From IMG/VR virus record IMGVR_UViG_3300033069_001465: 64,000 nt of DNA. One strand, 5' to 3'. The notes under the pieces were generated by a model. That model worked only from the letters and a program-made list of their open reading frames with translations. It ran no database searches and was not told the DNA's origin. Within the stretch, counting starts at the first letter, position 1, and every line of letters starts with the position of its first letter. Positions 18,714-30,090 of this stretch are shown piece after piece. Both the position numbers and the translations under genes were made by a program. The stretch comes from a virus. Its lineage: Duplodnaviria > Caudoviricetes.

Positions 18714-19325
18714 ATGAGTGCTCAAGAGAAAAAGGAACAAAAGGCAACTGAATTGAAAGATGAATTTGAAAGAATTCAGGAGAATAACAAAGACCTAGAT
18801 ATATCTAAATACCTTGCAAAAAAAGATGATCTTCCTGATTTAGGTGAGATACAAATATATGATTATGATGCGGATTTAACCGAATCCACAGAAAAAGCAA
18901 TGGATCTACTAGAAAGTCTTGTTGACTTATATTTGGGTGATTCTAAGAAGATTCTTGAACATCCCTATATTAGGAATAAGTTAAAAGAAGATGCAATGGT
19001 TTATGCTGAAACTATATTCTTATCTAAGATGACTAGAAAGAACTTTTTAACACAATTAAGACAAGTTGATAACGGTGATAATTCAGCCAGAATGCATGAG
19101 GTTATTAATCAGACAGTAGGCCAAATTAGAGATAATTCAAAATTTTCATCAACTCAGAGAACCGAGTTAGAAAAGTTCTATAAGGAAATTCGTAAAGATT
19201 TAGGATTAAATGAAATTACAACAGAAGCTTCTGCTGAAGAAGCTGAAGAAGCAGAAAGCGCAAAGATTATGGATACTAGAAGTATGAATGATATGATTGA
19301 TAAATATTTAAAAAACAAGGGTTAA
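18714..19325 (+). CDS. Hypothetical helical protein divergent from terL
   Basis: ORF track; shares the palindromic AATATATATT box at 18685-18694 with terL. Confidence 0.7.
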   Translation: MSAQEKKEQKATELKDEFERIQENNKDLDISKYLAKKDDLPDLGEIQIYDYDADLTESTEKAMDLLESLVDLYLGDSKKILEHPYIRNKLKEDAMVYAETIFLSKMTRKNFLTQLRQVDNGDNSARMHEVINQTVGQIRDNSKFSSTQRTELEKFYKEIRKDLGLNEITTEASAEEAEEAESAKIMDTRSMNDMIDKYLKNKG

Positions 19326-20680
19326 TGAATATCACTTTTAAATAGAAGCAAAAAGGTCGAGGACCAAATTTTATTATTTTTTACTTCTGATGGAATATCA
19401 TTTATATCCTCATATTCACTTGTGTCCTCACTATTTTCTGAATATTCATAATCATCAATTATCATATTAGGAAGTCTTCTTTTAATTAGGTTTTCAAAGT
19501 ATGATTTGGAAATTTTACCTTTAAATCCCTTATTTTTCTCAGCATCAATTCTTACACTTAGAGCATCAATTTTTTTTCCTTTGTAGGCACTATATGATTG
19601 AAAATCATAATAAATATTACTTGACCCTAATTTATCAGATATTTCGGTTAGTATATCTTGAATATCCTCAAAAGCCTTCGTCCATTTTTCTAACTCTTCA
19701 TATTTAAATGATTTAAATATTTTCTTTACCTCCATATCTATTTCTGATTCGGATTTATCTCCATACAGATTGAATACACAGCAATTTTTTATAAATTCAT
19801 AAAAATTCGGAGGAATTTCTTCGTAACTATTATTTTCAAATATTTTAAATGATTCAAAAGTCTTAATTAAATTAGAATAATCTATGATAACCTTTTTAGT
19901 TATCTTTTTATTTAAATCATTATCAGTTATTTGATTAACAACTAAAGCTGGTTTGTACTCCGATATATCTTCTTTAATAACAGATTTTAACCCATCATCA
20001 GTTTTTTTCAGTATTGACTTTAAAACTTGATTAGCTTCATCAACAATTTTTATTGTATCATATTGATTATCATATAGATGAACTGTATCATATCTGGTTA
20101 TTTCTTCATCAGTGAACTTATTAATAAATGTTCTATATCCAACTAAATGCTGTAGTAAGAGTTTTATTTTATTATATCTAATATCGTCATCATTTTGATT
20201 ATAGAAAGTTTCAGAAATATAATAGAAGTTTTTAATTTTCAATCCTTCTTCTTTTAGTTTTTTCTCTAACTTATTTAAAACTGTCTCATAGTTCTTTTTA
20301 TTTTGTTTTGAGCAAATGATGTAGATATCATCAGTTTTGTTTTTAAGATGTGTTATATTATTTAAATTGATTTTAAAATCAATATTGTCAATAATATCCT
20401 TGTTTAGGAATTCTTGCATTGATATTCCAATATTTCCAAGGTTGCCATTGCTTAGTTTTAGTTTAACCTTTAGTTTATTAAACATATCAATTGGAAGCCA
20501 AAAGGATTGACCATTATAATCAACTTTATTTCCCTGACTTTTATAAACCCCACTTTTTATTAAATTAAAATCTGATGTTGATATTTTAATAATAGGAATA
20601 TTAGGATTTGTTTTATCAACAATCCATACCATATTATTAATTTTTATCAAAGTATCTATATCAAAAAAATGAGATATCAT
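19322..20680 (-). CDS. Two-part protein: degenerate HAD-like N-terminal domain, internal tag (LIKTFESFKIFEN), C-terminal domain
   Basis: HFFDIDTL, ICSK, LYDN; tag-like peptide near residue 272-283; FEDIQDILTEI in the C-terminal part. Confidence 0.7.
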   Translation of the reverse strand: MISHFFDIDTLIKINNMVWIVDKTNPNIPIIKISTSDFNLIKSGVYKSQGNKVDYNGQSFWLPIDMFNKLKVKLKLSNGNLGNIGISMQEFLNKDIIDNIDFKINLNNITHLKNKTDDIYIICSKQNKKNYETVLNKLEKKLKEEGLKIKNFYYISETFYNQNDDDIRYNKIKLLLQHLVGYRTFINKFTDEEITRYDTVHLYDNQYDTIKIVDEANQVLKSILKKTDDGLKSVIKEDISEYKPALVVNQITDNDLNKKITKKVIIDYSNLIKTFESFKIFENNSYEEIPPNFYEFIKNCCVFNLYGDKSESEIDMEVKKIFKSFKYEELEKWTKAFEDIQDILTEISDKLGSSNIYYDFQSYSAYKGKKIDALSVRIDAEKNKGFKGKISKSYFENLIKRRLPNMIIDDYEYSENSEDTSEYEDINDIPSEVKNNKIWSSTFLLLFKSDIH

Positions 20681-20889
20681 CTTAAATATTTTTTAACATC
20701 TATTTTTGTGTGATGAGGCATGCCGTCAAACCTAGATCCTTCATATTTTTTATCAGTCCATGTAACCCCTCCAGATAAATCTTTATCAAAGCTTTTACAT
20801 TTTGGGCAAACTGTTGGTTTAGTTTCTTCTGTGAACTCAAAGGTGGCTTTACACCATGGGTTTTGACAAACTGCTTTTTTTACATCCAT
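20677..20889 (-). CDS. Small Zn-ribbon protein
   Basis: CQNPWC...CPKC; TAATATATA box upstream. Confidence 0.7.
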   Translation of the reverse strand: MDVKKAVCQNPWCKATFEFTEETKPTVCPKCKSFDKDLSGGVTWTDKKYEGSRFDGMPHHTKIDVKKYLR

Positions 20890-20917
20890 AGATTATATAT
20901 TAAAAAATAAATGCGGC

Positions 20918-21361
20918 CTATTTTACATGACCTTTACTAATAGCAAAATCATATAGAGTTGGCAAATTTAAATATTTATTAAACCCATTTCTGATATCTC
21001 CTAAAGTTTTTGATCTTTTGATTATTTCTACTACCATGAATCCAAATTCTTCTTGAAAGTCTAAATAACATTCTACCCATGGCTTATTATAATGTTCTAG
21101 TAGAAACCATTCTTTATTTCCACCGCTTAACCAATATAAACATTTTTCAGGATCAATTGTTGTGTTATGTTCTACTTCTATGCTCCAAACATCCTTGATG
21201 TCTAATTTCATCATAATTGATACCGCCTCCGCTAAATCTGTAGTGACCTCATTTTTAATTTCAAAGAATAGTTCGTTAGTAGGTTCTTTTGTTATTTTAA
21301 CAACATTACTACCAAATACAAGAGTGTTATCTGTTACCTCTCTTCTTTTTTTCATATCCAT
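20918..21361 (-). CDS. Hypothetical protein
   Basis: ORF track. Confidence 0.65.
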   Translation of the reverse strand: MDMKKRREVTDNTLVFGSNVVKITKEPTNELFFEIKNEVTTDLAEAVSIMMKLDIKDVWSIEVEHNTTIDPEKCLYWLSGGNKEWFLLEHYNKPWVECYLDFQEEFGFMVVEIIKRSKTLGDIRNGFNKYLNLPTLYDFAISKGHVK

Positions 21362-21371
21362 GGGTTGTTTT

Positions 21372-21671
21372 TTATACTCTCACGGAAGGGTCGCCAATAC
21401 CACTTATGAACTTCCCCTTAAAAGTTCCATTTTCAAATATTCCATTTTCCCATCTTCCGTAAAAATTACCATTTTTCCAAATTCCGTAATGCCAATTACC
21501 TGAGTAAAAGTTACCAGAATTCCATATTATTGTTTTGTGAATAATTTCAATGCAAGCATCTTCAGTTTCAGAGTCGATCAACCAATAAAATCCTTCTTTT
21601 TGTAGGATTTTTACTATTTTATGTTCTTCAGTAACGGGTGTTCCGTTATAAACGACTTCTTTAAACTTCAT
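21372..21671 (-). CDS. Hypothetical protein with G-x-W/F-x-x pentapeptide-like repeats
   Basis: WNSGNFYSGNWHYGIWKNGNFYGRWENGIFENGTFKG. Confidence 0.7.
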   Translation of the reverse strand: MKFKEVVYNGTPVTEEHKIVKILQKEGFYWLIDSETEDACIEIIHKTIIWNSGNFYSGNWHYGIWKNGNFYGRWENGIFENGTFKGKFISGIGDPSVRV

Positions 21672-21744
21672 AATAAATGTAAACTTGAATTATATATTCT
21701 TGTTTTTTAACAGTAAAAAACAAGAAGTGGATTTTTTTAAAAAT

Positions 21745-22197
21745 TTATAAATTAATCTTAAATTGAGGATTCTTAGATTTACCAGAGTTAGTTTTAGTGG
21801 ACCAAAAAGAGATCAGAAAATCGATTGCGGATTCTGTGGTATAGAAATCTTTACTTGCTTTTCCATAGGGTTGTTCTTTTTGACCATCAAATTTTTTATT
21901 TAGCTCAAGGTTTTTTGTATTCTCTATTTCACTATCATAGAAATAAATTGATAATTTAAATATAGGTTTATATCCTTCCCCAGTAACTCTTACTTCAGCA
22001 ATAATTTTATTATCATGTATTATTTGGTAATAAGTTTCAGATACTTTCTTTGTTGAGATTCCCCATTTTTTTAATTTAACACTATTACCATCACCAAATC
22101 CCCCAATCACTTTAAGTTTATTGAATGCTTTACTAACTTTAGATGATAGTCCACCCAATAGGCCCTCGTTAAAAGATTTGTAATTTTTTATATTCAT
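21745..22197 (-). CDS. Tagged hypothetical protein (MNIKNYKSFNEG...)
   Basis: N-terminal motif variant; TAATATATA box upstream. Confidence 0.72.
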   Translation of the reverse strand: MNIKNYKSFNEGLLGGLSSKVSKAFNKLKVIGGFGDGNSVKLKKWGISTKKVSETYYQIIHDNKIIAEVRVTGEGYKPIFKLSIYFYDSEIENTKNLELNKKFDGQKEQPYGKASKDFYTTESAIDFLISFWSTKTNSGKSKNPQFKINL

Positions 22198-22295
22198 ATT
22201 GATTACTCAATTTTACATATATATTAAAATCCAGTTTATTTATTTTATGCTTAATAAATTTAATATATAATCAAAATAAATCTACAGTTTTTAAA

Positions 22296-25200
22296 ATGAA
22301 ATATTTAAAATATCATCAAGAATATAGAATGGAGAATCTTAAAACTGACTTTGAATCATCTACAATGATAAGCGAGGCATTTGAGAACGACATAACATGG
22401 GGTGGATCTTTATTAGGAAGGCTTATCAATTCAACATTAAGGAAGATGAAGATTGGATATAACTATACTAAAATAAATAACTTAGTCAAATTATTTAACC
22501 AAGAATTATATTCTTTATTAGAAGACTACTCTTTAAATGATGATGAAAAGAAAAAGCTAAACAACTTATCATATAGAATGTTGTTAGAAGAGATTTATAA
22601 AGAAGTTTCTAGTGAGAAAGATGTTAAAGAGAAATTAAAAATTCTTTTAGGTGATGCTTCAAATATCGGATTAGTAGATAATGTTATTTCACAAGTAGAA
22701 AAAGCTAATTTAGAAAACAAGGAGGTTCTTCTTGAAAAACTAAAGAAATTTAAAAATGATTTATTAGAAATTCAAAAAGGATTAGGAATAGATGGCGAAG
22801 GTGAAGGAGAGGGAGAAGAAAATGCGGATGATGCCAAATCTAATCCAGCAGTTATTTTTTATAACAATTCAAAATTATTATTACAATCAATTTGTAAAAT
22901 ACATAGAGATATTAAGAATAACACAGTTAAATTTGAAAAAGGTGTTAGTGATGAAATAAAAGTTGGTAATGAATATTCCTATACTAATAAAGAAGGAAAA
23001 ACTAATAGAGTTAAAGTTATATCATTAAATAATGTTATTAATATTGGTGATGATAAAGAATATTTAACTAAAGATGATGTTAAAAAGGAACCTATTAAAA
23101 AAGGATTAGTTTCAGTAGCTGTTATGGGATCAGACGGTAAATATACCGCATCTACTGTTGCAGTTGATCCATCTATGCTTAAAAAGACTACTGATAGTAA
23201 AACATCTACTTTTTTTGATGATAAGAAATATCAACAACAAAGAACTAATACATCACAAGAAATTCTAACTAAAATAGAACTAGCAAAGAAAGGACTTTCT
23301 GTATATACTGCCAAAAGAAATAAAGAAAGAGTTAATTTCTATAATAATGAAATTAAAACATACCAAGCAAAATTAGATAGAGTTAAAGGTAAAGAAGCTA
23401 CTAAAGTTCCAGGAAAGGTTTCAACTGAAACAAGACCTGATTATGATGTAACAGCAGATAAAAGAGCTAAAGAAGAAACTAAAAGAATGCATGGTCAGCC
23501 AATGACTACTGAATCTGTTATTAATGAGGAAGTTGATGCAAATCTTAGAGACCAAGAATCTCAAGCTAGATTTTCATGGAATAAAGTGGTTAATGCTTAT
23601 AATAAATCAGGAATTGCTAAATTTGTTCCATATATCGAATCAATAATTGATGTTAATGGTGCTGATAAATTAAAAGAATCTAAGAAAAAAATACTTGAAA
23701 TTGGTAGGCAAGTTGTAATAAACTATGATAATGTTGGTAAACCAATTTCTATGGATGAGCTAATATCTGAAGCTGAGGGAACCTCTGTATCAGATATTGC
23801 TAAGTCTATATCATTATTTGGTAGAGTTTTGTTAGCATTTTCTGAAGATATGGGACTTTTAGGTTCTTATGGCAATTCATATAAATCAGAAGGTGATGCT
23901 GGTGGTGCAGGAAATCATATTAAGTTATTCATCAATTCATTTAATAAAATAAAAGAGGTATACCCATCAATTAAAAAAGAATCAATTGTTAGAGATTATT
24001 CTTCTTTCATATTAATAAAAGAGGAAGCTGACGAAGCTCCTGATAATATTAAGCTTGATGAACCTAAACCTGATGAAGAACAACCAGCAGGACAGCCAGT
24101 AGAACCACAGAATACTGAAGTTCCAGATGAGAGTGATAATAGTGATCGTGTTAAAAAGTCTTGGTTCAAATTCTTTAAAAAAGATGAAGAAAAAGAATGG
24201 AAAGTAACCAAAGAGGATCAACAATTAAGAGATGATATTGAAAAGAAAGAAGGAACTGATATAAAATTATCGAATCCTGATGATGATCATATTATTAAAA
24301 TTGTAAACATTTTTGGAAGAGCATATAAATTATATGCAACTGACTATATTCCATCAGGTCGTCCTAATGGGAAGATATCATTAAAAACAATGAGAGAATA
24401 TGAACACATTGGCCAAGGTGAACCTAAGTGGAGTGCAGAAGGTACTCCTGGTTTTGGACCATGGGCGGCTAAACTTCCATATAATAAATGGCAAGATGGA
24501 ATAACTAAGATATTAGAAGATAAACAATTAAGAAGAATATTAGCTAATGCTAAGTTTGTTTCTGATGCTGAATCTAGCACAAACACTCCAATGAAATCAC
24601 CTGGATCAGGAAAAACATTACTTACATTTATAAATGACTTGTTAAATAATGATAATGGTACTTTTAAGAAGCATAGAGCTATTATATTTAAAAAATATTT
24701 TAATACTGAAGGAAGTGGTGGCGGAACAGCTCAACAAGGCAACTTACCAGATTCGCCTACTTTTGATCCAATTATTTCGAAGGATGATGAGGGTGCAGTA
24801 GACATGCCTTTTTTTAGTGAGCAATTTACTACTGGATTAAAAAACAAAAAAGGAAATATTATAAAGGTTGTATCTAAAGACGATAATGTCTATACTATTT
24901 ATCCTATTACTGCCGGAAGTGATAAAGATCCATATGTTTTATTCAGATATCAAGTGAGTAGTAAGAATAATCCTAAACAATCAATTGCTAGTGATTACGT
25001 CAGAAAGCAAACTGCCAAAACGGAAAATAAAGAGGTCTATAAAACAGATTATATTGAAGATGTGAGAAATAATGGTATTCCTTATTCAAATGATGTTAGG
25101 ATCAACATTGGATTTGCATCTACTAAAGGATTTCTAATTGGTGGTAAATTTCCATTTAAATCAATAAGTGTTGAGGATATTAAGAATAATAATTTTAATG

Positions 25201-25394
25201 GTATTAAAGATTATATCATGGAGATATCTGATATCTATTACCTAATTGTTCCAACACCAGAAAAGAATAAAAAAAGTGGTGATGTAAAGCAAAGAAACAA
25301 ATTAGTTGATGCTAGATTTACAATGACTAGAAATGATGTGGATTTAGATGGTAAGGTTAATAAAATAATAGCAGAATTTAAAAATAAGAAATGA
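22296..25394 (+). CDS. Large tagged multi-domain protein (1032 aa), probable internal virion protein
   Basis: MKYLKYHQEY tag; internal tag-like sites (TTESVINEE, IKKESIVRDYSSFILIKEE); TAATATATA at 22261. Confidence 0.75.
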   Translation: MKYLKYHQEYRMENLKTDFESSTMISEAFENDITWGGSLLGRLINSTLRKMKIGYNYTKINNLVKLFNQELYSLLEDYSLNDDEKKKLNNLSYRMLLEEIYKEVSSEKDVKEKLKILLGDASNIGLVDNVISQVEKANLENKEVLLEKLKKFKNDLLEIQKGLGIDGEGEGEGEENADDAKSNPAVIFYNNSKLLLQSICKIHRDIKNNTVKFEKGVSDEIKVGNEYSYTNKEGKTNRVKVISLNNVINIGDDKEYLTKDDVKKEPIKKGLVSVAVMGSDGKYTASTVAVDPSMLKKTTDSKTSTFFDDKKYQQQRTNTSQEILTKIELAKKGLSVYTAKRNKERVNFYNNEIKTYQAKLDRVKGKEATKVPGKVSTETRPDYDVTADKRAKEETKRMHGQPMTTESVINEEVDANLRDQESQARFSWNKVVNAYNKSGIAKFVPYIESIIDVNGADKLKESKKKILEIGRQVVINYDNVGKPISMDELISEAEGTSVSDIAKSISLFGRVLLAFSEDMGLLGSYGNSYKSEGDAGGAGNHIKLFINSFNKIKEVYPSIKKESIVRDYSSFILIKEEADEAPDNIKLDEPKPDEEQPAGQPVEPQNTEVPDESDNSDRVKKSWFKFFKKDEEKEWKVTKEDQQLRDDIEKKEGTDIKLSNPDDDHIIKIVNIFGRAYKLYATDYIPSGRPNGKISLKTMREYEHIGQGEPKWSAEGTPGFGPWAAKLPYNKWQDGITKILEDKQLRRILANAKFVSDAESSTNTPMKSPGSGKTLLTFINDLLNNDNGTFKKHRAIIFKKYFNTEGSGGGTAQQGNLPDSPTFDPIISKDDEGAVDMPFFSEQFTTGLKNKKGNIIKVVSKDDNVYTIYPITAGSDKDPYVLFRYQVSSKNNPKQSIASDYVRKQTAKTENKEVYKTDYIEDVRNNGIPYSNDVRINIGFASTKGFLIGGKFPFKSISVEDIKNNNFNGIKDYIMEISDIYYLIVPTPEKNKKSGDVKQRNKLVDARFTMTRNDVDLDGKVNKIIAEFKNKK

Positions 25395-25957
25395 TAAAGA
25401 AGTATAGTGATTTTGTAAGGGAAAAATTTAATGTTTACCAGAATGATCCAACTGAATTAGCATCTGATAAGAGCTATTTTAATGAATCGGAATCTGACAT
25501 TAAGGAATTTTTATCCAAGAAGACAACTATTGATAATATTTATAAGACGTATACAGATGAGAAAGATCTAATAAAAAAATTAGCTGCTCAAAAATTCATT
25601 CCTGTAAATACATTTGATAAAAAGAAAATAAAATTTACTAATCCACTTATTGGATTATATGCTTTATCTGCTGAAAAATCAAGAGAACTAAGATCTCTTG
25701 AAAATGAATTAGGTACTCAAACAGATACTTTGTCTCAAAGACAAAGTGCAATAGGTACAAACCCAGACGCAACTGACTCTCTACAAAATGATGTTGCATA
25801 TACTCAAGGGAAGATATCTGATATTAAATCAAGAATCACCAAATTAAAGAATGAGATAGTAACATTGGAGAGAAATACAAGGGACAAATTAAAACAAATG
25901 AAAGATGGTCTAGCTAATAACAAAAAAAAGTTAGATTATTTTATCAAAACCAAATAA
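25391..25957 (+). CDS. Tagged coiled-coil protein (MIKKYSDFVRE...)
   Basis: ORF track; 4-nt overlap with the upstream gene. Confidence 0.72.
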   Translation: MIKKYSDFVREKFNVYQNDPTELASDKSYFNESESDIKEFLSKKTTIDNIYKTYTDEKDLIKKLAAQKFIPVNTFDKKKIKFTNPLIGLYALSAEKSRELRSLENELGTQTDTLSQRQSAIGTNPDATDSLQNDVAYTQGKISDIKSRITKLKNEIVTLERNTRDKLKQMKDGLANNKKKLDYFIKTK

Positions 25958-26020
25958 GAAATAGAAAAAATCTGTTTTTTTATTTTTATATATAATGTAA
26001 CAAAAAATAAAATTTTTAAT

Positions 26021-29000
26021 ATGGCAATTCAAATTGGTAAATACAAAAGACCAGGTATCTTCATAGAAGAATACGATAATTCAATAATTACTAGCCCGAC
26101 TGTTGAGGGAATTAATACGTTGGTTGTTGGGTTTTCCAAGAAGGGACCAATTAATACCCCTGTTCGTTTAACAAATCTAAACGACTTAGATAGCATATTC
26201 GGATCTATTGACAGAGGATTAGAAAGAAAGGGATCTTTCTTTCACAGAACTATCGCTAAGATGTTAGAATCTACTCCGGTATACGCCCTTAATCTATTAG
26301 CAACTGATGACACACTTGACCAAATGGAATATAGATCATTATCAGCAGCTTCTGATAAAGCAAATGATGAATTATTAACTGATTCTTATAGAAAGTTCTT
26401 TAATACAACTGGTTTCTGGAAAAGAGATACTGATGCTTTTATTAACCTAGTAGGTACTACAAGTAACACTATTCTTAATTTAACTAACCTTTCAGATAGA
26501 CCTGTGAGTGTATTTATGTTTAAGACTAAGTTAACAGGGTTTGATAGAACCTTAATTGAATGGTATGGTACAGCAGAGAAAGTTCCACCATATTTAAACA
26601 CAAATGATTACGCATCTGAATACATGGTTGATGCTATTGTTGTAGGTGGTGATTGGTCTAATTATTCAGTTCTATCTGTTGATCCTAGATGGTCAAGATA
26701 CTTTGATTCAACTGGTCTTAAGAAATCAATGATAAGTGATTTTGCCAATGATAGAAACGTTAATTTGTTAGCATATTATGAAGGACTATCTTTAATTCCA
26801 TATTTTAGAGATGGTAATGGTAAAAATATATTTATTGAAAGTATTATAAACAGAGACACTGATAAAACTGGTGTATTCTGTGCATTTGATATTGACTCAT
26901 TTGAAACTGATTATCCAAAAGGTATGGTTGATTTAATTGGTAATAATTTAGTTGGCAGTGAAAACGCAACTATTGATTTCTTATCATATTATGATACTAT
27001 CAATGAAGTTACCGCATTTGGTGATGTTCCTCTTGATAAAACTGGTAATGTATGGGCTATTATTGGTACCTTCTCTTCTTTTAGAACATCAGGCACACCA
27101 GGTAGAACTGCATACTTCTCAGAGGGATATATTGACAGTGTTGAAACTGTTTTAGGAACATATTCAGCATCAAGTGTTAGTGTGAATGTAACATTCACTA
27201 CTGCCACTCCTTACGCTATAATTGGTGGAGCGGCTGTAGATGTTGATACAACGACAACAACATTTACTGTTGCAACATCAAGCTTTACTACTTTAGGAGC
27301 GACATATACATCAACATTGGTATTAAAGAATACTGGTATTATCGAATTGGTTAATGGATCAACTACAAATGTTAAACCATTAGTTGAAGCAACTGACCTT
27401 GTTCTTGGATATGCAACAACATACATATCTGCTGGTGGTGTATTTGGTACACCAACATGGACTGATGTTTGTACAAAATCTACTGGATTTAATGAATTAG
27501 CTCTTACTACTGATTATACTGTAGCAACAGCAAGTAACAGTGTAGTGATTACTTTCACTGATACCGCAGCTACACCAAGTTTAAGAAATTATGAGCAATA
27601 TAGAAGAATTAAATATTTTAACAATCTTGTTAGCTTATTAGATTCAGTAGCTAAAGCTAAAATGAGTATGATTGTTAATGGTAGTACATTAGAAAAACTA
27701 TCTTTAGCTGATGTGACAGTTTCAAATATTGTAACATCAACTACTTCTAATAAGTCATTTACACTATCTGGGCTTTCAACATACACAGATATTGTAACAG
27801 ATGGTCTTTTAGTGTTCTATACTGTAGATGATGAGTTTGTTGTTGGTACTGATACAATTGTTACAAAATCAACTGTAGCAACTACCGCAGAAGGTGTTGC
27901 TGGTAAATATTCTGACTTTTATTTAGATTACACAAATGGTACTATTAATAGTGGTGATTATTTCTACACTAATTTTATTACTGAAGGTGATGAATTTGAT
28001 GTTACTTTTGCAACATCTGGAGCAACTGCCTATGTTACCTTACAAACAACAACTGGAACTTCAACAAGTGGTTGGCCGTCAGTTGGTATGATTCAGTCAG
28101 GTGACTTACTAAGATTTCCAGATTCAGTATTAAACAAAGGAACTATAACCATAGCAACTGACTATACAAATCATGGTAATCCAGTTACAGGTGAATATAA
28201 ATTTGTAGTAAATGGGACTGTTGTTGATGAAACTTTACTTAGTGTAACAAGTGTTTACGCATTAAATTTAAAACACTATACTAAAATATATATTGACAGT
28301 TCTGATAATCTTCAGGTTGAATTTGTTGATGCTGCCGGTGATGCTCTTCCTTTAGATGCAGCAGATACACAACCTATTGACGAATTAGCAAATGCTAAAT
28401 TTGGATTTGATTTATTCTCTGATAAGCTAAATTACAAACAAACATTGGAACTAGTTTATCCAACTGGATATACTACATCTCCTAATAAAGTTCTCGTATC
28501 AGCATCAAGATACACCGAAGTAAAAGTTGGTGATTTCTTAGAAGCTTATGTAGATAATACATTATTAGAAACTGGTGAAGTTCCAAGAAAATTAACCAGA
28601 ATTTTAAGCAAGAAGTTCTACGCAGCTGATACAACTTTAGTTGAAATTTCCTGCGATGCTAGAATTGCGGTTTCAAATTATGGAACAGCACTTAGTCCAG
28701 ATTGGCAGACAACAAGATACACAACTATCGAAGATTATGTAACTACTTATAAGGCTATTACATTAGCTGGATTTAAAGTAAGACAAGCTTCAATTCCTGA
28801 TGGAACTGAAGATAGACAAACAGCTATTTTAAACCTTGTTGCTAAAGGAACACCAATGTTCAACGCTTTAGTAAACAAAGAAGCAATTGATTTTAGATAT
28901 GTTGTTGACTCATTTGGATTAGGATTAATTGAGGGGTCTAAACAACAATTAGTAGATATATGTGGTGATAGATTAGACTGTCTTGGATTCTTAAATATGC

Positions 29001-29794
29001 CTTCAATGAAACAGTTTAAGGCTTCATCTGACCCATCATTCACAAATAGTGATGGTGTATTAGACACATCATTTATCGCTAATGGTGGTGATCCTGAAGC
29101 AAATCCGTCATTCTACTACTCATTCGGTACTGGTAGAGGTACAACTTGTGTTGGATACTTCTTACCTTACTTGGTAATAAATGATAATAGCAGACCACTT
29201 GATTTACCACCAGCAATGTTCGCAGCAACTACATATTTGAGAAAACATAACTCAAATATAACATCAATAGTTCCTTGGACAATTGCAGCGGGTGTTAACA
29301 ATGGTAGAGTTACTGGATTCGATAATGTTGAAATGGATTTTACATTAACAGATATTGAGAATCTTAACTTAGCTCAAATGAACCCAATCGTTTACAAGAG
29401 AAATAGAGGATTTGTAATCGAAACTGAAAACACAGCTCAAACTCTTTATAAATCAGCTTTATCTTACATACACGTTAGAGAAGTGTTGATTGAACTTGAA
29501 AGAGAACTTTCTAGAATGTTACTAGATTTCCAATGGAGATTTAATACACCTGAAACTAGAGCTGAAATTAAGTTGAGAGCAGACGTTATTTGTGAAACAT
29601 ACGTTAGTAAGAATGGCTTATATAACTACTTCAACAAATGTGATGATGAAAATAACACAAATGACATCATAGATAATCAAATCGGTGTTCTTGACACATA
29701 CGTAGAACCAATTAAAGGTATGGGTATAATTGTTAATAACATTACAATCCTTAGAACAGGTGCTATTCAAAGTGGTGGTTTTATAATCCCATAA
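26021..29794 (+). CDS. gp18: Contractile tail sheath protein with a large Thr-rich beta insertion (1257 aa)
   Basis: KRPGIFIEEYD, GFSKKGPINTP; C-terminal PWTIAAGVNNG, MNPI, SALSYIHVREVL, CDDENNTNDIIDNQ..VLDTYVEP. Confidence 0.95.
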   Translation: MAIQIGKYKRPGIFIEEYDNSIITSPTVEGINTLVVGFSKKGPINTPVRLTNLNDLDSIFGSIDRGLERKGSFFHRTIAKMLESTPVYALNLLATDDTLDQMEYRSLSAASDKANDELLTDSYRKFFNTTGFWKRDTDAFINLVGTTSNTILNLTNLSDRPVSVFMFKTKLTGFDRTLIEWYGTAEKVPPYLNTNDYASEYMVDAIVVGGDWSNYSVLSVDPRWSRYFDSTGLKKSMISDFANDRNVNLLAYYEGLSLIPYFRDGNGKNIFIESIINRDTDKTGVFCAFDIDSFETDYPKGMVDLIGNNLVGSENATIDFLSYYDTINEVTAFGDVPLDKTGNVWAIIGTFSSFRTSGTPGRTAYFSEGYIDSVETVLGTYSASSVSVNVTFTTATPYAIIGGAAVDVDTTTTTFTVATSSFTTLGATYTSTLVLKNTGIIELVNGSTTNVKPLVEATDLVLGYATTYISAGGVFGTPTWTDVCTKSTGFNELALTTDYTVATASNSVVITFTDTAATPSLRNYEQYRRIKYFNNLVSLLDSVAKAKMSMIVNGSTLEKLSLADVTVSNIVTSTTSNKSFTLSGLSTYTDIVTDGLLVFYTVDDEFVVGTDTIVTKSTVATTAEGVAGKYSDFYLDYTNGTINSGDYFYTNFITEGDEFDVTFATSGATAYVTLQTTTGTSTSGWPSVGMIQSGDLLRFPDSVLNKGTITIATDYTNHGNPVTGEYKFVVNGTVVDETLLSVTSVYALNLKHYTKIYIDSSDNLQVEFVDAAGDALPLDAADTQPIDELANAKFGFDLFSDKLNYKQTLELVYPTGYTTSPNKVLVSASRYTEVKVGDFLEAYVDNTLLETGEVPRKLTRILSKKFYAADTTLVEISCDARIAVSNYGTALSPDWQTTRYTTIEDYVTTYKAITLAGFKVRQASIPDGTEDRQTAILNLVAKGTPMFNALVNKEAIDFRYVVDSFGLGLIEGSKQQLVDICGDRLDCLGFLNMPSMKQFKASSDPSFTNSDGVLDTSFIANGGDPEANPSFYYSFGTGRGTTCVGYFLPYLVINDNSRPLDLPPAMFAATTYLRKHNSNITSIVPWTIAAGVNNGRVTGFDNVEMDFTLTDIENLNLAQMNPIVYKRNRGFVIETENTAQTLYKSALSYIHVREVLIELERELSRMLLDFQWRFNTPETRAEIKLRADVICETYVSKNGLYNYFNKCDDENNTNDIIDNQIGVLDTYVEPIKGMGIIVNNITILRTGAIQSGGFIIP

Positions 29795-29808
29795 TAATTG
29801 AATAAAAT

Positions 29809-29843
29809 AAAAAAAGTCGAACAGAAATGTTCGACTTTTTTTT
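29809..29843 (+). terminator. Intrinsic (likely bidirectional) terminator with GAAA tetraloop after the sheath gene
   Basis: AAAAAAGTCGAACA-GAAA-TGTTCGACTTTTTT. Confidence 0.9.
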
Positions 29844-29887
29844 AAACATTTGTCCAAAAAAGTTATATAAAAATAAAATAAAAAATT

Positions 29888-30076
29888 ATGCCAACAATTA
29901 GTAGTGGAAACATGAGCGCGGAAGTATCTGAAAAAGTTGATCCAGTATGGGAAAATAAACAATATTTATTAAAGGTTATAATGGATCAATGTCAAATAAC
30001 AACAGAAGATTTAAATAATCAATCAATTGTTAGATCTAAAGTTAGAGAATCCAAAATTGAAAAAATTATTTCTTAA
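29888..30076 (+). CDS. Small protein (62 aa) ending in the R[DE]xK[LI]xxI[LI] motif
   Basis: ...VRESKIEKIIS; bracketed by two related terminators. Confidence 0.65.
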   Translation: MPTISSGNMSAEVSEKVDPVWENKQYLLKVIMDQCQITTEDLNNQSIVRSKVRESKIEKIIS

Positions 30077-30090
30077 TTTTTTTGAGAAAT

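Noticed and set aside
18714-19325. Terminase small subunit call for the gene divergent from terL
   Set aside because: Size and position are compatible but no recognisable TerS motif; left as hypothetical
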